This document shows positions 39,263 to 52,237 of a DNA stretch of 63,769 bases, in pieces. Position numbers and translations under genes: made by a program. The first letter of the stretch is position 1. Each line of letters begins with the position of its first letter. The notes beneath the pieces were generated by a model. That model ran no database searches, was not told the DNA's origin, and saw nothing but the letters and a program-made list of their open reading frames with translations. This stretch comes from Lama glama (lineage: Eukaryota): assembly GCA_028534125.1 (NCBI GenBank), contig CM052818.1:44704232-44768000 (forward strand), read 5' to 3'.

Positions 39263-40376
39263 AAAATGGACAAGTGAACACGGTGCCGTTCCTTACAATG
39301 TCTTAGTAAAGAGCTCCACGCTGTTCCAAAGCTCATGTTGCCTTGGTGATGCTTGTGACAGCAGCCTGGGCTCCCCAAGAGGACAGAGGGACCCCTGCCG
39401 GGAGTTGGAGAGGAACCACCTGAGCAAAGTGCCACAGTGGGGATGATTCTACAGGTGAGGAACTGAAACTCTGCAATGTACCAGGGCCCCCGAGCTGTGG
39501 AGCGACACTAGAACTGGGTTTGTTTCAGCCCCAAGTCAAGCCCATTTCACAGGGAAAACTGCCACGAGGAAGTTCTGGTGAACGGCCTTAAGATGTATCC
39601 ATTCACCAGGGCAATAAAAGCAGGAAAAATGAGGTTGAATGACTGACGTGTGACAGACCGAGGGTCCTGGGAAAAGAGCGGAAAGCTGTGGCCACAGGAA
39701 CCCAGGAGGATGGAAGAAGGCCATGTCCAGGGCCACAGGCGTCCACTCTGAGGGCGGGGGGGGTGGGTGGGGCTCACCCTGTCTGTCCACAACCCACAGT
39801 GAGTGAAGGGCTCCACTCACCAACTCACTCTGTATTCAGGCAAACTCTCCCAACTATGCCGACATCACTCCTAAAATATCTGCTTCCAGCAAAATAGGCA
39901 TTTGATTGTATCTTCTTGGTTTGATCAATAGAGAGTCAATTCAGAACTGCAGAACCAACACAAAATCCAAGTTGAAGCCAGGCATCTCCTATCAGTGAGT
40001 GGGTCATCCAGTTACCACGTTCCCAAACCATTTGGACTGCCCAGATGCATAAGATCGAGGACGTCACTTGGGGAGGTCCTCTGGTCCAGCTGGGGAGGAA
40101 GGGTGAAGTCTTATAAATCTGAAGTGATTTATGTAGTTAAGGTGCCCAGATTTATTCCAGGAATGGGCTTCTCAGCAGGATGAAGTGAACCACAGATCCA
40201 ATACAAGGTGGTTTTCTGCCCTGGGAGAAATAGCACAAGTCCACCGCCTTCCCAGAAGAAGCCGCCCACCCGCCTCTGTGCTCTTGCCCCTGTGGTCCCC
40301 CCGCCACCCAGGACTGCCCTTCTCCTATGTCACTGCCTGTTAAAGTCTTCAGCACCTTTCAAGTCAAGAAGGTAAC

Positions 40377-40733
40377 TGTTTGGGTTGAACTGTGTCTTCT
40401 AAAATCCATATGTTGAAGTCTTAGCCCCCAACACCTCAAAATGTGACCTTATTTGGAAACAAGGTCATTGCAGACGTAATTAGTGAAGATGAGGTCATCC
40501 TGGAGGAGGGGAGGCCCCTAATGACTGGTGTCCTTATAAAAGGGGACACGGGGGCTGCTGTCACGAGCCGCGGAGTCACCCTAAGCTCGAGGTGGAGCCT
40601 GGGACAGGTCCTCCCCTAGTGCTTCAGACAGAGCTCAGCCACCTTGACCGTGGACTTCCAGAGACGGTGTTTCTGTGTTTTAAGCTACTCAGTTTGCAGT
40701 ACCCTGTGCCAGCAGCCCAAGGAAGCCAGTACA
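40377..40733 (+). mobile_element. MaLR (MLT1B/C-like) solo LTR
   Basis: tgtttgggttgaactgtgtc...atatgttgaagtcttagccccc...aatgtgaccttatttggaaac...gccagtaca with TG...CA ends and TSD gtaac/gtgac. Confidence 0.85.
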
Positions 40734-40738
40734 GTGAC

Positions 40739-41094
40739 CGTCTCAGGCCCCTCAGGCTCCCATAACAAGATACCTAGACTGGGTGGCTTATAAACAACAA
40801 ATGTACTTCTCTCAGTTCTAGACGCTGGAAGTCCACGGTCAGGGTGCCAGCAGGGCTGGGCTCTGGTGAGAGCCCTCTTTCAAGTCGCAGACGGTCGTCT
40901 CTTCGCTGTGTCTTCACACGGCAGGAGGGACGGGGTGCTCTCTGGAGACCCCTGTGCAAGGGCACTAATCCCCTTCGTGAAAGCTCCACCTCATGACCAG
41001 ATCATCTCCCAAAGGCCCCTCCACAAGGCCATCGCGCTGGGGGTTAGGTTTCAACCTATGAATTTGGGGGAACACAGGAATTCAGTCCACAGCC
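40739..41094 (-). mobile_element. MaLR (MLT1A-like) solo LTR
   Basis: Homologous to 27765-28125 (gactgggtggcttataaacaac...aggtttcaacctatgaatttggggg). Confidence 0.85.
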
Positions 41095-42892
41095 ATGGCT
41101 CAAACCTTATCTTCACCAAGAGGATCTTTCAGATTCTACTGGCCAAGCTCCTCCAAGAACAGGGTCTCCGACTCTGCCTCTGTTGTCCGACCCCCTTTGA
41201 AACAAGAGACTCTGCCTCCCCTGCAGCGGGAGGAGGAGGAACCTGCATGGAATGATTCTAAAGGAGTCACTGGGTCAAAATCTCTCTGTTGTAAGTTTGA
41301 CCCCCAAGAGATGAGCTTCCCCTACCATGGGAAGCGGTAGGCACGTGGTTTGCTGCACACTGGCGACTTTCCCCTTTGCCTTCCTGGTGTGAGGCAGCTC
41401 CCTGGACACCACGGATGTGACGCTTTCCCTTACATGGACCCCCTACCCCCACCCCAAGGTCTAGCCTGGGGTTGGGCAGGCAGGGGGAATCAGCCGGGCC
41501 TTTTAGCTCACCCCTTAAACCACACAGGCCAATAGCCTTGGCAGAAATAAAGGTGGGACCCTGGTCTCCGTCTGCCTGGCTCCTCTCCCCATTACAGCTG
41601 GAAGTCAGGTAAGGAGAAGAGGTTCTTATCGCCCCTGTGTCCCAGCGGGAAAGCACCGCAGGGCTTGAAGCCCAAGAGTGATGTGACCAGACTGGGGTTT
41701 TGGAAGCACCGTGGATGCAGCAGTGGGGATGTGACCAGACAGCACAGGCCTGTCCAAAGAGAGAAACTGAGGACCTGCCCCCGAGCAGTTACAGGGAGAG
41801 AGAGAAGAGAACATAAGCACGGAGGATCACAGAGAATCTCCAGCACCTGGTGATCACCGGGTGGTGGAGGAAGGAAAGAAGCCCAAGTTCCGGAGGATGG
41901 AATCAGCACATTCAGGTGAAGCTGGGACAGGGAGACGATGATGAGTTCATGGTGGACCGGACTCGTTCGGGGTCACCAGTGGGACATCCAAATCTGAAAA
42001 CAGCCAATGTTGGTCCTGCTGTTGACGTGAAATCCACCCAGTCCTGCAAGATAGGTCCTCCCCGCTTTTCTACTTCAAACGCCCAGATTTGCTGGGACCC
42101 TTTGAAAATAACAGACCACTGAGCTTTGACGAGGCTTCCTTTGGGTTGTGCTCCAAAGCCTGCCTGGCGAGCTGTCCTGCGAGGCTAAATCAGCCTCCCT
42201 AAGCATCTCCACGTGGCTTCTCCAATCACAATTGGAGAAGGTGAACGAATTTACTCTGCCCCTCAGAAGTCTGACGTGTTTCACCAAATGCTAGTCGGAT
42301 GGATGAATCAAGAAGAATGTCAGAGGATTCAGCCTCCACTCGCAGATAAATGTGCTGTCACCTCCTGTTCCCAGAGGAGGGACTGGTGAGTGATCACTCT
42401 GCCCAGAGAACATCTGTTCTGTGCTTTCGGGCAGCATTCCACTGGGGGAGACACAGGAGGGGACGGTGATACGGCCACCTTGAAGCCACCAGGTCAGTGC
42501 CCCCTGCCCGCCCCTCTGCAGGCAGCTCCTGCAGTGAGCCTCACGTCTCAAAGGGCTTCCCGCAGAGGAAGGAGCCAGATGGTGCCAGAGAAAACCTCAC
42601 AGGGGCTGAGATACAAGGGAAGCGGGATGGAGAGGGAGAGGTTGCCTCGTTCATATCTACATCATTCAGGATAAAGAAATAACCCATTATCTTCTTGGAA
42701 AGTCCCAGGCTTAGTGATAATAGAGTCTTCATTCAGTCATTTCTTTTCTACTTACCACATTTTCTTCTCATTATCCTTAGACTCTGAGCTCTTTGAGAGG
42801 TCTGTATCTGACTGAATCTCTGTTACCTCAGTATTGATCATAATACCAGGCCATTGTACTGCTTGGAGAACACCTAATGAAGGACTGGGTAA

Positions 42893-43070
42893 ATAGATGA
42901 GTGGATGGATGGATGGATGAGATGATGGATGGGCAGATGGATGAATGGATAAGTGAATGGGTGGGTAGATAAGTAACTGGCTGGCTGGATAGATGGATGA
43001 ATGAATGGATGGTTGGACAGATCAATAGATGGGTGGGTGGGTAGACGGTTAAGTGGGTGGATGGATGGAT
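42893..43070. repeat. Degenerate (GGAT/TGGA)n simple repeat
   Basis: gtggatggatggatggatgagatgatggatgggcagatggatgaatggat... Confidence 0.9.
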
Positions 43071-44989
43071 CCAACAAGCGGCTCTTAAGTACCTTCTCTG
43101 GGCCAAGCACAGGGCTAGGCACTGGGTATACAGACATGGATGGCATCTGCTCTCAACTTCAAAGGAACTCACAACCTAACAGGGCAAAATGCTGTATTAC
43201 GAAATCAATACATGAGAAGCGCTATCACAAAGGGGAGGAACGATGGTCCCAGCATGGAGAGAGGTTGTGCAGATCGAGTGTCTCTTGGTCTCTGTATTCA
43301 GTATGTGATTTCTCAAAATTTCAGTGACACTGCTTTGGCCCAACTGAAATCCCCAAAGAGTTCATTCCAGTTCTTTCCCTCTAGTGAGACCCCTGCAATC
43401 AACACTGTTCCTCTTTTCCTCGACAAGCCTTTCCGTGGTCCAACCCTCTCCTGGAAAAAGCAGCCAAACAGCACATACATCTGAAGACACAACACTGACA
43501 TTTGATAATAGAAATATGGAGGTGGTATGTCAGCAAAGAGGTGGACACCCACCAGACGGGGGCAGGATTTAGAATCAGAATCTCCAGTTGGTGAGTTAGA
43601 AGCTCAACAATGCAGTAGATACATTGGGAAAGCAACACATTTTCTCGAATTCTCAGGTCTCCCAAATGTAACATAGGTCATATGGTAACACCTACACCTG
43701 CTTAGAGGATTACAGGAGAACCGTAGGGAACAAGCTTAGCGCAGCAGGTGGCACCTACACATCCGGCCTGCGATGTTAACCGCTTACCCTCTGCGTCCTA
43801 GGCCTTGGAAACATCATTTATTTCCCACTGTCCGTGCTGTGTAGACCCAGGCTCCCTCCACCCACCCCCACCCTCTCACACTTACCCAGCTGAACTCCCT
43901 GGAGTTATTTTCCACTCCTCTTGGAAAGAGTAAGAAGGAGATCTGTCTTCCTCGCTCTAGTCTCTGAGCTCCTAACGGCAGAGACCAGGGCCTGTCCAGC
44001 TCCTGGGCTCCTGGGCCCAGTTCAGTGCCCAGCCCAGGCTACTCTTTGGAAAATATTGGCTGAGTGAAACCACAAATTATGTGGCTGCCTCTAGTCCTGC
44101 TACAGTACACGTGAGTGCAGCCGGACACGCCAGACCAGGAGGCCCAGACCACACGTCACCCTCAGTACCCAAAAAAGCCAGGCCAACGAAAGGACTTCAT
44201 AAACATTGGTTTATTTCATAAAAACTAAGTAAGTGTGAAGTATTATAAAGAAGCCACTGTTCTTATTTTTTCAAAGCAAGACTGAGAACCCTCAATGAAT
44301 TAGAACGCTTGGGAAATGGGATGTTCCTGCTAATTTGGGGGTTTGGATGAGTCTCAATAAAACTCCAAGCCAGGGCTACAGAAGCTCAGGAAAGGGAGAA
44401 AATTCTCTCAGCTAAGATCAGGGAAGGCTTCCTGGAGGAAGTGGGCCTGGAAGGGTGACTAAGAGGTCCCCTCAGAGCCCAGTACTGGGCTAGAGACTCA
44501 GAGAGTCCAATTTGTGGCAGAGATCTTGAATGTTGCTCCTGGACAAATTAATTTCAATGGCCGACCCGCTTAAAACTCCCTTCCCTGGGAAGCCCATCCT
44601 TCAGTTCTCAGACTGCAATCCTTCAAGGATGACACAGAGGCCCTCTTTCCGCACTGGGACCGAGTTAAAGATGCCCACCACTCTGCCAGGGAGGTGAACT
44701 AACTGATCCCCAGAATGGGCAAAAAAAACTGTGCTTCCTTGGAAAATTAAAGAGAAAAGATTTGATGAATCTGTAGAGCTTTCTGGAACCATGCCCTGCC
44801 CACTTACATGATCTCATTTATGAATAACAAGCCTATTATTCTGCAACATTTTTTTCGGCTCTAGAACAAAGAAGCTCCGACTTTATCCAGCTGTCCCTTC
44901 CCGGGCGGACGGTGTGATGAAAGACTCCACAGCCATCTTCCCGCGGTTCCCGAGTTCCTTTGCCCAAGCGGCTCCAGCAACTGAAGGAG

Positions 44990-45002
44990 GGTCATTTTGA
45001 CC
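44990..45002. promoter_or_regulatory. Perfect estrogen response element (distal)
   Basis: gGGTCAtttTGACCt with a GATA motif (ttatct = AGATAA on the minus strand) 3 bp away at 45006-45011, in locally CpG-richer non-repeat sequence. Confidence 0.88.
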
Positions 45003-46839
45003 TGATTATCTTTGTGTATAAACCTTAAATCATATTCACTTAAGTAAAGCATGAGACTAGCGGAGCTGCGTAAGACGCCTCGGGGGCTGCTGGGAAGCGG
45101 CCTTTCTCTCATTCTGTTCTTGGGAGGACCCCTTGGATCCAGCCTCGGGTCATCGATCACGTGGGGGAAGAGGCTCAGGGGCTGATACCTCGCCCCTCTG
45201 ATGGTAGATGGGGCAGACAATCCGAATCCAGGTTATCGACTGCCAGCTCACCGCGCCCTTCCAGCAAAACGAGGTGCTTTTCAACAATCCTCGGCCTTAG
45301 ACGCTCAAGATTAATTCTGTTCTAAAGCCTTAGGAAACAAGTAAATCTCCCGGTGCCCTAATGCTGCCAAGAAAATCCTGGCAGGAGTCGTGTCTGTTTA
45401 ATGCCTTACTAAATACCTAGGGCATAGCACATAGTATTCACTCAATAAATATTTGTTGAGTGGATTCATTTTTATTTATAGGAAGAGTTGCTCTTTTGAT
45501 TTTTTGAAATTATTTTCTACCTTCATAAAAATGATCATTTCTTTCTTCGAGTGCTACTTAATTGAATGATGGTTCTAAGAAATGAGTTCCTCCATGGAAG
45601 CCAGGGGTTGACAGAGTGCCTGGGGGAAAGGGTACATGGTCTATGGACCTCTTAATGTGGCCAGAATGCTATTTGTCCAAGCGGCTGTAAAGCAAGGGGT
45701 GGTCAGCCACCTGATGTAGCAAAAAAAAGTGGGGAGAGTAAATAAAAACAAGACAAAAGTTTAATTCTGAGCCATAGAAATGTAGTACTTGTGTCCCCTC
45801 CCAAAATTTTTTCAAATGAAAATAAAAGAACTTAAAAATCACCTTGCTAGAAGTGGCAGTGGCACAGAATTGGGAATGTACTAAATGCCGCTAAATCTTT
45901 CACTTTAAAATGGCTCATTTTATGTCATATAAATTTCACCTCAATTAAAAAAAAAAAGCCTTTGGGTTTCTGGTACTGTTTTCAAGTATAACTCCATTGC
46001 CTTGTGCCCTGGAAATTCCAGCAGCTGCAGGCTAGAAACTCCCTGGTAACAGAGAGCAAGTGAGACAGAACCAAGTTTTTTCCCTAGGAACACAAATGCC
46101 AGAGCGAAGGGCGGGGAAAAGTCTCAGGACGGGAGCAGTGGCCCCGTCTGTGGACTTCCTGACTCTGGACCAGCACTGGGCTCCGCACCTGCGGTGTCGT
46201 ACCGCATCTGATCCCCACAACAATCCTAAGGGACGGGACTGTTTTATTACCCCAGCTTAGAGCTGAGAACTTGTTTTAGACCAGATGTGGGCTCACTAAT
46301 TAGGAAGGGTGCCTATTCCCAAGAGACTGGGATGGGAGGGAGCAGAGGAGACAATGGACCAGGAGGAGCACTGCAGGGGGCGGTATCAGGAGCAAAGGTG
46401 ACACTGAAGAGGAGGAGGGCGGCTCGCCCCATGTGAACCCTTGGCTGCCCCTCCTCCATCCAAGTCGCTTTCAGATTTCATCTGATTCCTGGTCAGAAAG
46501 GCTTCCAGGTTCTCCAAGATCTACTTCCTCTTGCCTTCTCCACTCCACACTTATTCTGCCCTGCTTCCAGCTGACCCTGCCCTGAATTCACCATTCTGTC
46601 TTGTCTCCAGGCCTTTCCTCTCCACCTGGCATGCCATCACCTGCCCTGGTCTCACTCCTTCCTGGATTCTCAGGGTTGGAGTTCCAGCTCCCTTTGTACT
46701 TGCTATCATCTTGGGGAAAATTTAACTTCTGTTCGTCTCAGCTCAAATGGAGATGATGGTGTAACACCAAAAAAGCTCTGACCCTGGGAAAATGTGGGAT
46801 GGAAAGTGGAGAGAGTGACCTTCTGCTGCCCCTTCATCA

Positions 46840-48380
46840 AATTCTCAAGCCCCAAGGCCACTGCCCAGGGAGAAGCTTTGTTCTCAAAGAGACTGCTGGG
46901 CAGAGGTGAGCCCCACACCCGGGCCCCTCCTGGCCCAGCCTACAGGAGCCTGCTGGAAGGGCTCCCATTGGCCAGAGGTGGGCAATTTGAGCACCAAAAA
47001 AATAATTACTTCATGGAATTGAGCCCACTGAATAGGTTAAAAATTCATATGTTCATAATAATGCTAAAACACACACACACACACACTCTCTCTCTCATTG
47101 GTTGGCTTTGGAAGATGCTAGGAACCAACTTACTGTCCTGAAAACTGGTGGGTGAAGAGCTGAGCCCTCTTCCTGCCCTCCCTGTATAAATCGGACTACA
47201 GCCGAGTCATTGATATTGAAAAGTCCTTTATACAAGAATTCTAGCAAATAAATGAAGAAGGCATTCTAAGTTAGCGCATCATCATTTGGGGAATTTTTTA
47301 ATGGGTAGATCAGGCTGGTAAATCCCTGAACGCACTGGCAGATCCTAACATCCCAAAGGGGTCCATCAGAGATGTGATGTGCCTCCCGGTGTGATGCAAT
47401 GTGAGGTTCGCATCATCACTGACATCTCTGGCCAAATATTGAACCTGAATCTGATCAAGCCTCTCTTATCAAACTACCAATTACTGACTACACAAAGACA
47501 AAGGCACATACTACATAACAGCCCAGCGATGCAATCAGCAAAATTCAGAAAGTAGAGAACTGCAAGAGGCCAATGTCCTGGTGGTTTTAACAAATAAATG
47601 GCAAAAAAAAAAAAAAAGGGAAAACTTATCAATCAAAAGAGCCCTAAGAGATTTATCAATAAAATACAACACATAGAACTCATTTGGATTCTGATTCCCA
47701 CAAACAAATCAACTGCAAACACCTGTCAATGAAGCATCAGGGAAAATCAAACACTAACTGGATATCTGGGATGATAAGGAATTACTGTTGATTTTTATGT
47801 TGATGTGATAATGATTTCTTGAAAAGAGAATACCTTTAGAGATACACACGAAAGTATTTTTGCATAAAATGATTTATCTGTGATTTGCTTTAAGATAATG
47901 CAGCAGGGAAAATAAAACTGTTGGTGGGATAAACAAAACAAAATTGTCTATGTGTTGCTGATAAAAATTTTTAAGATGGAAAATGCATACAGTTGTCCCT
48001 CGGTATTCACAGAGGATTGGTTCCAGGACCCCCGTCAGATACCAAAATCCACAGATGCTCAAGTCCCTTGTATAAAGTGGTGTAGAATTTGCATATAACC
48101 AGCGCACATCCTCCCATAGAGTTTAAATCATCTCTAGATCACTTATAATCCTAATACAACGGAAGTGCTATGGAAGCAGTGCCAGAGCAGCAGATTCAAG
48201 TTTTGCGTTTTGGAACTTTCTGGAATTCTTTTTCCCAAATGTTTTCAATCTGCAGCTGGTTGAATCCTAGGATGTGGAACCCACAGAAATGGAGGGCAGA
48301 CTATATGTGGAGGCTCATGATAATATTCTCCTTTCTTTCATGTTTGTTTAGAATTTTCCATAATAAAAAGTTGAAAAAGC
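46840..48380 (+). mobile_element. Ancient L1MC-like 3' region interrupted by MER2
   Basis: ggaagatgctaggaaccaact, aacctgaatctgatcaagcctct, gatgcaatcagcaaaattcag and tgatttgctttaagataat motifs. Boundaries approximate. Confidence 0.65.
47990..48303. mobile_element. MER2-like (TcMar-Tigger) non-autonomous DNA transposon
   Basis: TA|cagttgtccctcggtattcacagaggattggttccaggacccc...ggaacccacagaaatggagggcagacta|TA, with terminal inverted repeats and TA target duplication. Confidence 0.85.
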
Positions 48381-49317
48381 AAAAAAGCAGACTTGACCCT
48401 GGAACCTCTGGACTTCAGGGAAATGGTCATTTTTGGTCAACCAACGGTAAAGGGGAGAAGTCTGGATTCACTTTTCAGGCAGAGAGTCTTGGTGCTCAGA
48501 AGACAACCTCAAAGGACACTCTGGGTGGGTCATGGTTCGTGGAGAGTCTCTCCCAGCAAACAGTGATGTGAAATGGTGTCGATCTAGAAAAAAACAATAT
48601 GGTCTTCGATGTGTTGAAGCCAAATGTCTACAGTTTATGTTGGCTTTGAAAGGTTGTTTAGTTTTATCTGGTTTTGTTTTCTTCCATTCTAAATATGGGT
48701 CTAGTCTACACCATCCTGGGAAATGACTGTTTGTTCCTGGAAGAATCGGGTGTTCTTGCTCAGGCACATAAAAGTGGGAGTGGCCACGCAAAGATGTCAG
48801 GAAGGAGGGGAAAGCAAGCCTTCCCCAAACTAGGTGAAGGAAACGGGGGAGCCCATGCTCTAAAAAGCCCCTTCCGTAACGAGCCCGTGGGGGCTGCTGT
48901 TTGTTGGAAAATAAAGACTGGGGAATAGTCCAGTGCACGGAGTGGGGAGGGGTGGCTGCAGGACAAGGCTGGGGGTGGGGTTCTCCCTCCCAGAGGAAAC
49001 GGAAATTCCAACTGCCAAGAATCTCTGCAGAAGGAAGACTGAGGGGTGGAAAGTGGACTAGGAGAGCAGGCCTGGGGCATGGGACTAGGGACAGTGGGGA
49101 CAGCCTGGGGAAGACTGCTCATGGCCATTCTCTCTGTTTCTCTTTCTCTCTTACACTCTTGCTTGGAGGATAAGAGGGCAGCCTCCTCCACCATTGGAGA
49201 AATGGGCTAGAAGCTTTCTAGAGCCTCTGAAAATGTATCTCATGTATGGTTTTGTGTTTCCCAGACTATAAAGCCCTCCTGGGATAATTTCTTCAAGATG
49301 TTATTGAAAAGCAATAT

Positions 49318-49535
49318 GAACAAGTTTCTACTGTACAGCTCAGGGATCTATATTCACTATCTTGCAGTAACCTAAAATGAAAAAGAATATGAAAACGAAT
49401 ATATGTATGTGTCTGTATGACTGAAACGGTGTGCTTTACACCAGTAAACTGACTATGCTTCAATAAATAGTAATTTAAAATACAGCAAAAAAGAAAACAT
49501 AAAAAGGACAAGAGAGAGAGAAAGAAAGAAACAAA
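49318..49535 (+). mobile_element. L1 3' end fragment
   Basis: ctgtacagctcagggatctatattcactatcttgcagtaacct...gaaaaagaatatgaaaacgaatat, the same 3' UTR as the 38441-39262 copy. Boundaries approximate. Confidence 0.8.
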
Positions 49536-51324
49536 GAAGCAATACAGCCCCAATTCTGATGAATTAATGGAAAGAATTAAGGGCCAGAATCCTCACTTAG
49601 GATAACTCAGTGAAGGAGAAGGCAGACTTTCTCCCGCCCACTCCAAGGCCAGCGTGACGACAGAGGCGACAAGTCATGAGTTTTGAGCGGGGAGAAGGAC
49701 AGGCTCTATCTGGCCCTCAGAGGGGAGGAGGGACTTTGGGAAGCAGGGGTCCAGTGGCTGTAGAACTGGGAACTCCAGGCCTGGGGATGCCTGTATCAGA
49801 AACCACGACACCCATTTCACAGAACTGCAAGTTCTGGGCAACTTCTTAAAAATAGTAAAACGTGGCATGCATGTTCACTATCATATGCATGTTTCTTGAT
49901 TGATGTCAAATAAAAAGCACCTGATCTAGTGCCTAGACCAGAGTAGAGACTCACTGGAGGGTCACTGTTGCTGCAATTACTATTAGTTTTCGGTTATGAT
50001 GGACTCCTCGTGAGGAAATGTCAATGCTTGTTACAGCATCTACTCAGCCAAGCTGGTACATATTTTTTAATTTCTTGATTAAATGAGTTATTAATTATTG
50101 TGCAATTTTGTATCAAAATCAGCATCATTGATTCATACAATACATGCAAAGTGACAAACACTTTGCATTTAAGACAATGGCTACTGTGGGTGACTCTCTG
50201 ATCTTGAAAGTCCTCAAAATCCAAGTGGTATAGCCCCCAGCACGTTCTGCCACAGGGCACAACACTGTGTCCGCCATCCTGGAGCAGTCCACACCGATGC
50301 AAAGGATGGAGAGTCAGGAGCCCTGGATTCAAACCTGCTGCATATACTCTTGTGTTCTCCAGAAGTTCCTTAACCTCCTCTGACTTCCCGTACCATTCCC
50401 CAATAAGAGGGCTGATAATGGTCTGTCTGTCACAAGTTTTTTGTTAGGAGTAGAAATGACAATGATCAGAAAGTGCACAGAGCTATGCCTGGCCCACATC
50501 GAGAATGAAAGCGCCTCGTTTGTATGGAAAACCCCAGAGGACCTCATCACTTTTAACACTGGCTGTAAACTGAACCAAAGATACTCAGTTAATACCGAGT
50601 AATCTTAGAGAAACTTGTGCTTGAACTGTTTCCTCCGTCGGGAATGTCCTTTCTCCTTCACACGTCCCAGTGTGCATCTCTTTAAAGTACTAACTCAGGT
50701 GACCTTTCCCCATGAAGCTCTCCGAGACATTTCTACCCAGAAGGGCTCTTCCTCCCCCTGCACGTTATCCCTTACGGTGCTTTACCCTCTTCTCCCAACC
50801 AAGCTGCAAGCCCCAGGCCACATACCTTCCTTCCCTCCAGCACATATCATAGCATTTAAGCATAACAAATTATTAATAAATGAATGAAGGAGAGAGGGAG
50901 GCTATACGATCATTTCTATCTACTTTGGGGAAAGCCACCTCCAATTCCTAACTGATTACAAAGTCATCTGGTCTGACAGAAAACTAATGAATACACCGTG
51001 CAACCCCCTAATGTTCTCCATTTGCCACAGCGGGTTTCTCATCCCCTAATTAACAAAATACCACAGATCTGGGGAGGACGTGGGGAAAGGCTGCCTTCGA
51101 TTGTCAATCGTGGGAAGAGAAGCTTTGATTCACGGCCCAAGGGGCTGTCATCATTGGCCTTCCTGATGAGAAAACATGGCTGGTTCCCCTCAGGCCATTA
51201 ACACAGGCACGGTCCCCAGAGAAACCATCTGCACACAGCACGGTTCCACCCTGGCTCAGCTGCATATTAACCGCCTGCTCACACGGCGTCTCCCTCCCAA
51301 ACCACACTTCTCAAGGAAATCCCA

Positions 51325-51495
51325 ACTATATTCAATATCTTGCAGTAACATATAATGAAAAAGAATATGAAAACAATTATATGTATGTAGAAGTATGACT
51401 GAAACATGCTGCACACCAGAAATTGACACATTGTAACTGACTATACTTCGATTTAAAAAATAAATTAAAAATTTAAAAAAACAAAGAAAAAACAT
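51325..51495 (+). mobile_element. L1 3' end fragment
   Basis: Same L1 3' UTR with A tail. TSD aaggaaatccca at 51313-51324 and 51501-51512. Confidence 0.85.
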
Positions 51496-52197
51496 CTCTT
51501 AAGGAAATCCCAGCAACCACACTCAAGCAAAGGCTGATGCAACAAAGCATCGTGGTTAGAAACAACCTCCCCAGGCCACAGGGGACGGCACTGCTGGACG
51601 GGACATGGGCCATCCAGTCCCAACTCCTTGCTGCCCAGGTGAGGAAGTCCCCGTCCACGGAGCTTCCCTAGGGAGCCCGAGGAAGTCGGGGACTACATCC
51701 TGCCAGTGTGATTCCCATCCCTGCCACTTTAAGGAGTCAAACAGAGAAGAATATCCACAGCGCACACGTTCGTGTTCTATTTTCAGAACATGCTTTCTTC
51801 CATTTATATGATGTACATGGTGCATGTTCATGCGGACAAGGAAATTTTCTATTTATTTTTAAACAGACCACAGCCATCCTGCGCTTGTGGAGAAAGTAGG
51901 GCTCTCACATGTGGGCACCCACACCTCTCCTACTTGACGTTTTCAGGATTAAATGAATTTAATCTACCAAATGACCCCAAAGGTGAGGGCACAGATGTGT
52001 ATCTTCTAACGTCACAACCACTAGACAGTCTTGAGAAGATGTCTGTGCCCAGAGAACAAGGCCCTGAAACTCACCTGGGAACGGGATTCAGGAAGTGATA
52101 TGAACCCCTGTTTCATTCACTTCTGCTAGTGGAAGGGAATGCCAGACGGCCCTCTTTGAGGCACTATACAGATGCTCCCTTGCTTCCCCCACCCCAC

Positions 52198-52200
<3 letters not shown>

Positions 52201-52234
<34 letters not shown>

Positions 52235-52237
52235 ACA
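52201..52237. repeat. (CA)n microsatellite
   Basis: acacacacacacacacacacacacacacatacacaca. Confidence 0.95.

Noticed and set aside
42828..43327. His/Pro/Ser-rich and Trp/Met-rich ORFs
   Set aside because: Translations of the (GGAT)n simple repeat.
43741..43754. CTCF-like GCAGCAGGTGGCAC
   Set aside because: First core base mismatched and it lies in what looks like a degenerate MIR tail. Weak support.
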